A DNA stretch of 63,005 nucleotides, filler included, from Candidatus Eiseniibacteriota bacterium (GTDB taxonomy: Bacteria > Orphanbacterota > Orphanbacteria > Orphanbacterales > Orphanbacteraceae): assembly GCA_043809585.1 (NCBI GenBank). It is 5 parts of 5 records of this genome, joined end to end, with 100 filler letters (N's around TTAATTAATTAA, not from the genome) between each part and the next. Parts side by side here need not be neighbours in the genome. Positions count along the whole stretch, not along the records: positions 1 to 21,483 come from JBDROZ010000016.1; positions 21,584 to 35,791 come from JBDROZ010000020.1; 3 more parts are not named here. One strand, 5' to 3'. The translations under genes and the position numbers were made by a program. The notes below the pieces were generated by a model. The model was not told where the DNA came from. It saw nothing but the letters and a program-made list of their open reading frames with translations, and did no database searches. How positions within the stretch are numbered: position 1 is the stretch's first letter; each line of letters begins with the position of its first letter. This document shows positions 18,930 through 27,614 of this stretch, one piece after another.

Positions 18930-20453
18930 ATGAGAAGGCTCCGCGCTTGTCTTCGGTCCGCTCTCTTGTTCCTTGTCGCGTTGTTCGTTCTTTCGTCCTG
19001 CGCCCGCGAATCGGCCCCGCCGGAGACGCTCGATCTTCCCCCCCGGTTCGACGACGACGCCCTTGCCGCGGCGACCGGTCTGATCGGCGAGGGATACGAG
19101 CTCCTCGACGCGGGCGACATGGTCGGCGCGATCGCCAAGTTCGAGGAGATCGGAAAGATCGTTCCGTCCGGGTTGGTGCGGGAATACAACACGGCCTGCG
19201 CCTACGGCAGGAGCGGCGACGGCCCGGCGTCGCTCCGGTGGCTCGAACAAGCCATCGCGAACGGCTACGACAACGCACAGTTTCTCCAAGGGGACCCCGA
19301 TCTCGATGCGGCAAGGAAGGAGCCGGGATTCGCGGCGCTCGTCGAGAGGGCGAAAGAGAACTACCGGGCCGGCACGGCGGCGTTGGCGGCGGGCCTTCCG
19401 GAATACACCGAGCCCCCCGTCACTTTCGCCGACGCGGAGGCGCTCGAAGCGTGGGCGGACGGCGAGCGGAATCGGATTCGCTCCCACCGCACGCACTGGA
19501 CCGGCGCCGGGTACGTCATCGCCCGGGCCGACAACGGGGCGAAACTGCTCGCGGCGAAGAGGGCCTTTTCCGAGGGGGATCCCGATTTCGACTACGGGCT
19601 CGAACGGGTTCGCTCCGCCTTCGGCCTCCAGTCGATGTACGAATCGGGATGGGGGAACGTGTCGCAAGCGGTGAAAAGCGAGGCGGACACCTATCTGAAG
19701 TCCCGCCCCGCCGGGCCCGGCGCCAACGAGGTCCGCTACCTCGCGGCGACGGCCCTTTCCCTCGAGCGGGGCGATGACGATCCTCGGCGGATCGACGGCT
19801 TCCGGGAAGCGGAAACCTATCTTGCCGGCGTTTCTTCCGGTTCCGACTTCCGCGGCGCGGCACGGACTCTCGAACTGGTGAACCAACTGAAGTCCCCGGG
19901 CGCGGACGGGGAAGCCCTCGGGCCGCGCCTCCGCTCGGTCATGGCGGACGCGGGCGGGGACAGGAACGCCTACCGTGTCATCTCGACCCGGCTCGGCCAG
20001 GATGCGGTGCAATACGTCTGGCCCCTTACGATCGACTCGCCCGACATCGATGGGGAGAAGGTCACCCTGGACGACTACCGGGGCAAGGTGGTCCTCATCG
20101 ATTTCTGGGCGACTTGGTGCGCCCCCTGCCGGGCCGAGCTGGCCGAGCTCGTGGAGGCGTACGAGACGTTTCATCCCGAGGGGTTCGAGATCCTATCCAT
20201 CTCCCTCGACCGGCCGGACGACAAAAGCGTCGACGATTACCGGGCCTGGATCGGCGAGAACGGCATGCACTGGCGCCACATCTACGACGGCGACGCATGG
20301 GGGTCGGCCCTCGTGAATCGGTTCTTCGTCGGATCGATTCCGTCCCCCTTCCTGGTCGGAGCGGATGGCTCCCTGTTCTCCTGGGGGGACCAATGCCGGG
20401 GTTCGAAACTGGCCGCCACCGTGGAGAAGGCCCTCGCCGCAGCCGGGGGATAA
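18930..20453 (+). CDS. Lipoprotein with TPR-like N-terminus and C-terminal TlpA/redoxin domain
   Basis: Lipobox LSS-C; YNTACAYG TPR-end motif; GKVVLIDFWATWCAPC. Confidence 0.85.
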   Translation: MRRLRACLRSALLFLVALFVLSSCARESAPPETLDLPPRFDDDALAAATGLIGEGYELLDAGDMVGAIAKFEEIGKIVPSGLVREYNTACAYGRSGDGPASLRWLEQAIANGYDNAQFLQGDPDLDAARKEPGFAALVERAKENYRAGTAALAAGLPEYTEPPVTFADAEALEAWADGERNRIRSHRTHWTGAGYVIARADNGAKLLAAKRAFSEGDPDFDYGLERVRSAFGLQSMYESGWGNVSQAVKSEADTYLKSRPAGPGANEVRYLAATALSLERGDDDPRRIDGFREAETYLAGVSSGSDFRGAARTLELVNQLKSPGADGEALGPRLRSVMADAGGDRNAYRVISTRLGQDAVQYVWPLTIDSPDIDGEKVTLDDYRGKVVLIDFWATWCAPCRAELAELVEAYETFHPEGFEILSISLDRPDDKSVDDYRAWIGENGMHWRHIYDGDAWGSALVNRFFVGSIPSPFLVGADGSLFSWGDQCRGSKLAATVEKALAAAGG

Positions 20454-20551
20454 GCCCCTGCGGCTCGGAACCGACCCCTCGGAGCCCATGCCATCGGAAC
20501 CCGATGCCGACGAATCAGGGCTTCTCTATATGTAATAGCGAGGAGATGGAC

Positions 20552-21180
20552 ATGATGATCGACAGGACCGCTCCAAACGACTCGAAGCGGGGCACGCCCG
20601 ACCACCCCGTCCACGATCTGATCACCGGGCGCTGGAGCCCGTACACGTACGAGGACCACATGGTCTCCCTCGCGGACCTTCGTTCCATCTTCGAGGCGGC
20701 CCGGTGGGCGGCTTCCTCGTTCAACGAGCAGCCGTGGCGGTACATCGTGGCCACCAAGGACGATCCGAAGGCGTACGAGAAGCTGCTCTCCCGTCTCGTC
20801 GAAGGGAACCAGGGATGGGCGAAGGCCGCGCCGGTCCTCGCCCTCGGCCTCGTCAAGAAGACCTTCACCCGGAACGCCAAACCGAACCGCGTCGCCCTCC
20901 ACGACCTTGGCGCCGCCTCCGCGACCCTCACCTTCGAGGCTTCGGCCCGGGGCGTCAAGGTTCACCAGATGGGGGGCATCCTCCCCGACAGGGCCCGGGA
21001 AATCTACGGCGTGCCGGACGATTTCGAAGTCGTCACCGGCATCGCCCTCGGGTACGAGGCCCCACCGACGCCGACTCCAGCGAGTTCGGCAAACGGGACC
21101 TCACCCCCCGCACCCGGAATCCCCTCACCGACTACCTCTTCGGCGGCAGGTTCGGCGAACCGTCGAAGATCGCGGGGTAG
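20552..21180 (+). pseudogene. Nitroreductase family gene with single-base frameshift near 21058 (pseudogene or assembly error)
   Basis: RWSP, FEAARWAASSFNEQPWRY, HQMGG, IALGY in one frame; C-terminus (RDLTPRTRNPLTDYLFGGRFG*) in the next frame. Confidence 0.8.
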
Positions 21181-21287
21181 GGGAGGAGAAAGACGAGGGC
21201 CCGGCCCCCGTCATTCCGCCGGCGCAGGAGGGCGATGTCCCCTCTCTTTCGGCGAGTCTCTCGAACGGACTCCCCGGATCGGGGGTC

Positions 21288-21483
21288 TTAACCTTGATTC
21301 TCCATAAAATCTCGGCTCAAAACGCTGACGCTCGCATGATCGCACGCCATCTGCGACAGGGCGCGGCATTCACCAATGCTCACATATCGTTGGATATGCT
21401 CTGCTTGGTGAATGCCGCGCGCTGCCGCATCTGACGCACTCTCACGCGTTTGCTCTCGAGATTTTATGGAGAATCAAGGTTAA
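21288..21483. mobile_element. Palindromic MITE-like element family A, complete copy (196 bp)
   Basis: Perfect 27-bp terminal inverted repeat TTAACCTTGATTCTCCATAAAATCTCG; central 16-bp stem GCGCGGCATTCACCAA/TTGGTGAATGCCGCGC; homologous copies at 55006 and 60725. Confidence 0.8.
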
Positions 21484-21583
21484 NNNNNNNNNNNNNNNNN
21501 NNNNNNNNNNNNNNNNNNNNNNNNNNNTTAATTAATTAANNNNNNNNNNNNNNNNNNNNNNNNNNNNNNNNNNNNNNNNNNNN
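21484..21583. other. Artificial contig linker
   Basis: N44-TTAATTAATTAA-N44 (stops in all six frames). Confidence 0.98.
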
Positions 21584-21828
21584 ACCTCCCCGATGATCCC
21601 CTCACCGAGAGGCACCCTCCGATACGCCTCGGCCACACGGTCCGAGGCCCCCTGCAGCGCCTCGAGCCGGAGGAACTTCCCCTCCGCGTCGAGGAGGAAG
21701 ATCGCCCCCACTTCGAAGCCACAGAGACGAATCGCCCGGTCGAGGATCCGGGGTAAGGTGGACTCGAGGGATCCGGCCCGCGAAACGAGCTCGAGGATCT
21801 CCTCCCAGAGGGCGGCCGATTCGAGCAT
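21584..21828 (-). CDS. GAF-domain signalling protein, 5' part only (cut by contig end)
   Basis: ILDRAIRLCGFEVGAIFLLD...L...G...VPLGEGIIG; RBS AGGAG. Confidence 0.75.
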
Positions 21829-21969
21829 GGATGGCACTCCTGAGGAGCTCTTATTGTACCGCGCCCGCGCCCCTCGGCGCAAGGAGAGGCCGGGGGCGAC
21901 GCTTGCGGCGGGGCGGCCCATCCTCTATGCTCGCCCGGAGGCGCGCCGTGAGGCGCGGCGGGAGGATCC

Positions 21970-23460
21970 ATGGCCTATCGTCGCATCGGCTGGTCCCTCT
22001 TCGGGACTTTTCTCGCCCTCTATCTCTCCACCGCCGGTGGACGCCTCTACGTGAACGACGCCTACGTCAAGCTCCTCACGGCCCGTTCCCTGCTCGAGCG
22101 GGGATCCCTCGCCATCGACGCGGACAGCCGTCTCACCGCCCGCTCCCCGAAAGACGGTTTGGACTACGCCAAGTTCGGCGTTCTTCACTCGATCCTCTTC
22201 CTCCCCGCCGTGGCGACGGGGAAGGCCCTCGCCGCGGCGGGCGCCCTCGCTCCCGAATCGCGGGGACTCGCCGAGAGCTCCCTCGCCAGCGTCGGGAGCC
22301 CCTTCTTCACGGCTCTCACGGTGGCCCTCTTCTTCCTCTGGGGGCGCGCCGTCTTCCGTGACGACCGGGCCGCGCTCCGGGCCGCACTCCTCCTCGGGAT
22401 CGCCACCATGATCTGGCCCTACGCCAAGCGTTCGTGGAGCGAGACCCCTCAGATGACGCTGCTCGTCGGCGCCGCCCTTCTCCTCGCCCGGGCGGAGTCA
22501 CGGGAACGGGCCGGACCGGTCTTCGGCGCGGGCCTCCTGGTCGGCGCGTCGGTGGCGCTCCGGATCACGGGAGTTGCCGTCGCCCCGATCTTTCTCCTTC
22601 CCCTCCTCTCCGGGGCGGACCGGCGCGGGGCGATCCGGCGGATCCTCCTGTTCGGCGCCGGGGGGCTGGCCGTCACCCTCCCCCTCGTGCTCGGCGTCAA
22701 CTGGTGGCGCTTCGGCACGCCCTTCTCCCTCTTCGCCTGGCGGATGGGGGGATTCACGACACCCTTTTTCGAAGGTCTCGCGGGGCTCCTGGTGAGCCCC
22801 GGGGAGTCGCTCTTTCTCTACTCGCCCGTTCTCCTGCTCGGGGCGGCCCTTCTCCCGCGCCTCCGGCGGGAGTCGCCGGGCTCTTTCCCGGTCGTTCTCC
22901 TCCTCCCCGCGGCGCTCCTGCTGCTCTACGCCCCCTGGTGGTTCCACGCCTACACCTGGGGGCCCCGCTTCCTCCTGCCGGCGATCCCCTTCCTCCTCCT
23001 CCCCCTCGCCTCTCCCGGGGTATGGTCCTCCCCCCGGTGGCGGCGGGCGATCATCGCCGCCGGAATACTCTCGACGGCGATTCAAATTCTCGGCGTGACT
23101 GTCCATCTCGGAGACCTCGGCGAGATGGAACGGCCCCTCGTCCGGCACGGTCTCCTCCCCCCCGACCGTCCCCTCACACGGGCGGACACCTGGTGGCATC
23201 CCCTCCGAACCCGTCCGGTCTCCCACCTGCTCGCCCTCGGCGACGCCTCCTCCGACGCGCTCCGCGGCCGCCCTCCCGGCTTCGCGCCGGACTTCTGGCC
23301 GTGGACCCTCCGGGGTCTTTTCGGGATCCCCCTCCGGGCCACCCTCCCCCTTCAGATTCTCCTTTTCGCCGCGGCGCTCTTCGGAATCGTCCGCCTCGGG
23401 CGACTTGCGTGGAGAACCGGAGGAGAAAGCGGAGCGGAGCGGGAACCGGTCGAGATTTGA
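21970..23460 (+). CDS. Polytopic membrane protein, GT-C-like glycosyltransferase
   Basis: YAKFG, WPYAKRSWSE, GLLVSPGESLFLYSP, WGPRFLLP motifs; many TM segments; RBS GGAGG. Confidence 0.75.
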   Translation: MAYRRIGWSLFGTFLALYLSTAGGRLYVNDAYVKLLTARSLLERGSLAIDADSRLTARSPKDGLDYAKFGVLHSILFLPAVATGKALAAAGALAPESRGLAESSLASVGSPFFTALTVALFFLWGRAVFRDDRAALRAALLLGIATMIWPYAKRSWSETPQMTLLVGAALLLARAESRERAGPVFGAGLLVGASVALRITGVAVAPIFLLPLLSGADRRGAIRRILLFGAGGLAVTLPLVLGVNWWRFGTPFSLFAWRMGGFTTPFFEGLAGLLVSPGESLFLYSPVLLLGAALLPRLRRESPGSFPVVLLLPAALLLLYAPWWFHAYTWGPRFLLPAIPFLLLPLASPGVWSSPRWRRAIIAAGILSTAIQILGVTVHLGDLGEMERPLVRHGLLPPDRPLTRADTWWHPLRTRPVSHLLALGDASSDALRGRPPGFAPDFWPWTLRGLFGIPLRATLPLQILLFAAALFGIVRLGRLAWRTGGESGAEREPVEI

Positions 23461-23641
23461 CCGGAGGGGGGGATCATCCTTCCCGAGGGCCCGAACCCTC
23501 TCTCCGTCACCGCCCACACGGCCCATCATTCGCCCCCGACTGGGCTCCGGATCGAACACTTCGAGTGCTTTCTAGGTCCTTCTCATAACATATTACATTT
23601 GTGTATATTCTGACTTTCTTTGTGGATTCTCTGAAAAGAAG

Positions 23642-23670
23642 TTGACAAGGGGGGAGGCCGTTTTTACACT
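23642..23670 (+). promoter_or_regulatory. Near-consensus sigma70 promoter with AT-rich upstream region
   Basis: TTGACA-17 nt-TACACT; AT-rich tract at 23580-23640; no credible CDS downstream. Confidence 0.75.
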
Positions 23671-23995
23671 GCCCATCCACGCCTTTTTCGACCGTCACCC
23701 CTCTGTCCTTTTCGGAGAGGGATGCGCCCGGAAGGAGGCGGCGGGGCGATCGGGCTCCGGGTTCCGGAAACGGGGCCGTTCGGCCGCGATGCCGGAACCG
23801 GGAAAACCGGGTCGGGGCTCCTCGGGGGAAAGGGCGGGAAGTTCACGGCTCACCCCCTGCCCCCGGGACGCCGGCCCGGCTCGCGAGAGAAGGAAATACA
23901 GAGATAGGCCGCTTTTCCGCGCGGGGCTTATGATTGGAGGTGGACGTCCGCATTTCCACTCTCCCGCAAGCTCACGGCGAATAGGCGGCCTTCCT

Positions 23996-24178
23996 TTTTG
24001 TCGGCGAATGCGGGTGGTTTCTACTGCGGTCGAGGATCGCGGGCTGCGAGACCACCCTTCCTTCGTCGCCTCCTCGACGGGGCTAAGGCCCCGCCTCCGG
24101 GGGCTCCTCGTCCAGGGAGGGCCTCTCGCCCCGCGCTCCTCAACCTCGCGACGAAACCACCCGCTTCCGCCGACAAAA
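23996..24178 (+). mobile_element. Palindromic element family B, divergent copy (183 bp)
   Basis: 26-nt imperfect terminal IR TTTTGTCGGCG..GCGGGTGGTTTC; core TACTGCG...CCTCCTCGACG...CGCCTCCGG...CTCGTCCA shared with 56118-56300. Confidence 0.75.
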
Positions 24179-24656
24179 CCCCGGAGGGGAAGCCAGGCGC
24201 AAGCCAAACCCCTCAGTCCTGCGAGGAAACAACGGAAACGGAATCTCGCTACGAAGCGACGTGCATCGCCCAACGAAACTCAGGAATGGGAACTCGTCAA
24301 GTTCGGCTGAAACGAGCGCGGCACAATCGTTGGTGCCGGAGCGCGGGCCCGGGAAGGGGGACGCCATCCCTTTCCCTTCCGGGCCGGCCCTTCGGTCGAG
24401 CCCCCGATTGGTTCGGTGTTCTTTCGGCAGTCCTTGCTGATCATTCGCGGCCACGGGCGGGTGGCTGCGGCAGGGGTCCGCGAGGAGCGCAGCCACCAAG
24501 CGCCGGATCCCGATTTCCCTGGAATCCACGAAGAGCGAAAGCCGCGGTTCACGCGTTGCAGGCGAGAAGAAGGCATGGCGCGACTGGCGAGCACTGCAGC
24601 GGACAGCCGCAGACAGGTCCCGCCCGTCCGCCAACCCCAGAGAGCCTGCCTAGAAG

Positions 24657-24700
24657 TGGATAGCGGGCCTGTCCGCGAGGAGAAGGCCCGCTATCCATTT
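24657..24700. terminator. Probable bidirectional intrinsic terminator
   Basis: 14-bp stem TGGATAGCGGGCCT/AGGCCCGCTATCCA followed by TTT; between the candidate ncRNA (+) and tRNA-Arg (-). Confidence 0.7.
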
Positions 24701-24703
24701 ACA

Positions 24704-24776
24704 TACGCCCGGCAGGATTTGAACCTGCGACACCTGGCTCCGGAGGCCAGTGCTCTATCCACTGAGCTACGGGCGC
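24704..24776 (-). tRNA. tRNA-Arg(CCG); 3' CCA not encoded
   Basis: GCGCCCG...CGGGCGT-A; anticodon loop CT-CCG-GA; TTCAAAT; upstream TGGACC-17-TACAAT promoter-like site. Confidence 0.95.
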
Positions 24777-25006
24777 GTGTTCTTTCCTGATGAAAACCCC
24801 GTCCCCGGGGGACGGGCCAGGGGGGATTGTAGCCCAGCGGCCGGGGAGGGTCCATCGGAAAAGCCCTCTCTCTCCGAGCCCGGAAGACGCCGGATCCGCC
24901 CGCCGGAGCCTGCCCCGACCGTCGATCAGTCATCGGGCGCGCGAAGCGTCCGCGCCATCACTCGATCTCTGATCTGACGTCGGATCTCGACTCAGAATAG
25001 AAACGG

Positions 25007-26206
25007 TCAGGAGAGCTTCTTCCCTTCCGCCTCCGCGACGGTCATCACGTCCTTGTCCCCCCGCCCCGAGACGTTGATCATCACGATCGATCCTCTCTTC
25101 ATCCGCTTCGCCTCCTTCGCCACATAGGCGATGGCGTGGGCCGTCTCGAGGGCGGGCACGATGCCCTCCGTCCGGGAGAGCATGTGGAACGCGCGAAGCG
25201 CCTCCTTGTCGCCGATCCGGACGTACTTCACCCGCCCCACATCGCGGAGATGGGCGTGCTCCGGGCCGATCGACGGGTAGTCGAGGCCCGCGGAAATCGA
25301 GTGGGTTCCGACCACTTGACCGTGCCGGTCGTGAAGCAGGTAACTGTGGGTGCCGTGGAGCACGCCGGAAGACCCGCCCGAGAAGCGGGCCGCGTGATCG
25401 CCGAGCCGGGGCCCCCTCCCTCCCGCCTCGACGCCGACCATGGCCACGGACTCGTCGGCGAGGAACGGATGGAAGAGCCCGATCGAGTTCGACCCTCCCC
25501 CCACGCACGCCACGAGCAGGTCGGGGAGACGCCCCTCGGCGCGCATGATCTGGCGCCGCGCCTCCTCGCCGATCACCGTCTGGAAGTCCCGCACCATGAC
25601 CGGGTACGGGTGGGGACCGAGCACCGAACCGAGGAGGTAGTGGGTGGTGCGGACGTTCGTCACCCAGTCGCGCATCGCCTCGTTGATCGCGTCCTTGAGC
25701 GTGCGCGTCCCCGAGTCGACCACCCGCACGTCCGCGCCGAGAATGTTCATGCGGAAGACGTTCAGCGCCTGCCGCCGCATATCCTCGGTGCCCATATAGA
25801 TCACGCACTCCATGCCGAGGAGCGCCGCGGCGGTCGCCGTCGCCACGCCGTGCTGCCCGGCGCCGGTCTCGGCGATGATCCGCCTCTTCCCCATCGCTTC
25901 GGCGAGGAACGCCTGCCCGACGGCGTTGTTGATCTTGTGGGCGCCGGTGTGGTTCAGGTCCTCCCGTTTCAGATAGATCTTCGGGCCCCCGAACTTCTCC
26001 GTGAGGCGGCGGGCGAAGGTGAGCGGCGAGGGCCTCCCGCAATAATCCCGGAGAGCCTCCCGAAGGCGCTTCCGGAACGGGGCGCTCTTCTTCTCCGCAA
26101 AGTACGCCTTCTCCAGTTCGAAGAGAGCGGGCATCACCGTCTCCGGGACGAAGCGGCCCCCGTACTTTCCGAAATACCCCCGTCGGTCGGGCTGGGTCTT
26201 CTTCAT
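25007..26206 (-). CDS. trpB: Tryptophan synthase beta chain (TrpB1 type)
   Basis: [55 protein letters not shown]. Confidence 0.98.
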   Translation of the reverse strand: MKKTQPDRRGYFGKYGGRFVPETVMPALFELEKAYFAEKKSAPFRKRLREALRDYCGRPSPLTFARRLTEKFGGPKIYLKREDLNHTGAHKINNAVGQAFLAEAMGKRRIIAETGAGQHGVATATAAALLGMECVIYMGTEDMRRQALNVFRMNILGADVRVVDSGTRTLKDAINEAMRDWVTNVRTTHYLLGSVLGPHPYPVMVRDFQTVIGEEARRQIMRAEGRLPDLLVACVGGGSNSIGLFHPFLADESVAMVGVEAGGRGPRLGDHAARFSGGSSGVLHGTHSYLLHDRHGQVVGTHSISAGLDYPSIGPEHAHLRDVGRVKYVRIGDKEALRAFHMLSRTEGIVPALETAHAIAYVAKEAKRMKRGSIVMINVSGRGDKDVMTVAEAEGKKLS

Positions 26207-26826
26207 TCCCTCTCCCCTTCGTCGAAAGCGGCGCGGGCGGCGGCGACGAACCGCCTCATCTCGTATTCGCTCTTCACGCCCGGATTCTCCTCGATTCCGC
26301 TCGAGACGTCCACTCCGTCGGGGCGGAGCGCGGCGATCGCCCGGCCCACGCTCTCCGCCGTCAGTCCCCCCGCGAGAAGGAAGGGACGGGGAAGATCGAG
26401 GGACCGCGCGGCCCCCCAGTCGAAGGGGCGGCCCGAGCCCCCCTCGACCACCGGGTCGTAGGCGTCGAGAAGATACCACTCGGGCCGCTCCCCCGCCGGC
26501 GCCGGAGCGGGCTTCCCCCCTCGGACTTTGAGGGCCCGGATGACGGGGACGCCGCAGGGATTCCCGCCGGTCCCCCCGTGAAGCTGCACCAGATCGAGCC
26601 GGACCTCCCGAACGATCTCTCGGATCCGCTCCGGGTCCTCCCCCGCGAAGACGCCGACCACCCGGGTCCGGCTCCCGTCGAAGCCGCGGCGGAGCTCCGC
26701 CGCCCTCCCCGGGTCCACCCGGCGGGGGCTCTCGGCGAAGACGAACCCGGCGAACTCGGCGCCGAGTTCCCTCGCGACCCGCACGTCGTTCTCCCCCGTC
26801 AGGCCGCACAGCTTGATCGCCTTCAC
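26203..26826 (-). CDS. trpF: Phosphoribosylanthranilate isomerase
   Basis: [38 protein letters not shown]. Confidence 0.96.
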   Translation of the reverse strand: MKAIKLCGLTGENDVRVARELGAEFAGFVFAESPRRVDPGRAAELRRGFDGSRTRVVGVFAGEDPERIREIVREVRLDLVQLHGGTGGNPCGVPVIRALKVRGGKPAPAPAGERPEWYLLDAYDPVVEGGSGRPFDWGAARSLDLPRPFLLAGGLTAESVGRAIAALRPDGVDVSSGIEENPGVKSEYEMRRFVAAARAAFDEGERE

Positions 26827-27602
26827 GCCCCCCCTCCGAGGAGCCGGCGGGCCGCCGCCTCCGGCGAGTCCGCCCTCATGAGAGAAGTGCCGACGAGAGC
26901 GGCGTGGTATCCGGCGGCCCGAAGGCGGTCCATGTCCCTGGAGGTTCCGATCCCGCTCTCGCTCACCCGCACCACCCCCTCGGGAAACGCGGAGGCGAGC
27001 CGGATCGAGGTTTCCAGATCGACCGTGAAAGTGCGGAGGTCGCGGTTGTTCACCCCCACCAGGTCCGCGCCGGAGGCGAGGGCGATCTCCACTTCCCGGC
27101 CGTCATGGGCCTCCACGAGGGCGTCGAGGCCGAGTTCCCGGCCGAGGGCGAGGTACCCGGCGATCCGGTCCCGGGAGAGGGCGGCCACGATGAGAAGGAA
27201 AGCGTCCGCCCCCGCCGCGCCCGCCTCGGCGATCTGGTACTCGTCGATCACGAAGTCCTTCCGGAGAAGGGGAAGCCCCGCCGCCCCCCGCGCCGCCGCG
27301 AGATGGGCGAGGTCGCCCCCGAAGTAGGGCCCGTCGGTCAAGACCGAGATCGCCGCCGCTCCCCCCCGCTCGTACGCACCGGCGATCTTCCCTGGATCGA
27401 AGTCCGCCCGGATCGTCCCCTCCGAGGGGGAGGCCTTCTTGATCTCGGCGACGAGGGAGATTCCCTCTCCCGCGAGGGCTCTCCGGAAAGGCCGGCGGTC
27501 CGCGCGGGACTCCGCTTCCCGGTAGAGGCCGGCGAAGGGCCGCGCCCTCCGGCGCCCCCTCACCTCGTCCTTCTTCGCTTTCAGGATTTCATCGAGGATC
27601 AC
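26823..27602 (-). CDS. trpC: Indole-3-glycerol phosphate synthase
   Basis: [32 protein letters not shown]. Confidence 0.97.
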   Translation of the reverse strand: MILDEILKAKKDEVRGRRRARPFAGLYREAESRADRRPFRRALAGEGISLVAEIKKASPSEGTIRADFDPGKIAGAYERGGAAAISVLTDGPYFGGDLAHLAAARGAAGLPLLRKDFVIDEYQIAEAGAAGADAFLLIVAALSRDRIAGYLALGRELGLDALVEAHDGREVEIALASGADLVGVNNRDLRTFTVDLETSIRLASAFPEGVVRVSESGIGTSRDMDRLRAAGYHAALVGTSLMRADSPEAAARRLLGGGA

Positions 27603-27614
27603 GGCGGCCCCCGC

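Larger units (their letters stand above)
23677..24700 (+). ncRNA. Candidate large structured non-coding RNA (~1 kb including a 183-nt inserted hairpin element)
   Basis: Bounded by promoter and terminator; no plausible protein; dense stems with GNRA loops (see findings). Confidence 0.55.

Noticed and set aside
21288-21483. Family A as an integron attC site (TAAC...GTTA ends)
   Set aside because: Longer than typical attC, RYYYAAC not matched in all copies, no cassette array or integrase
21484-21583. TTAATTAATTAA palindrome between N runs (four occurrences)
   Set aside because: Artificial six-frame-stop contig linker, not biology; it also voids synteny across gaps
23642-24663. ORFs 23642-24310 +, 23998-24663 +, 23695-24273 -
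   Set aside because: No RBS, low-complexity Arg/Gly/Pro composition, read through a palindromic element; one starts at the -35 box itself
23677-24700. RNase P RNA, tmRNA or group II intron identity for the candidate RNA
   Set aside because: No GAGGAAAGTCC/CGGCTTA P4 motifs, no tRNA-Ala-like ends, no recognisable domain V on either strand by eye
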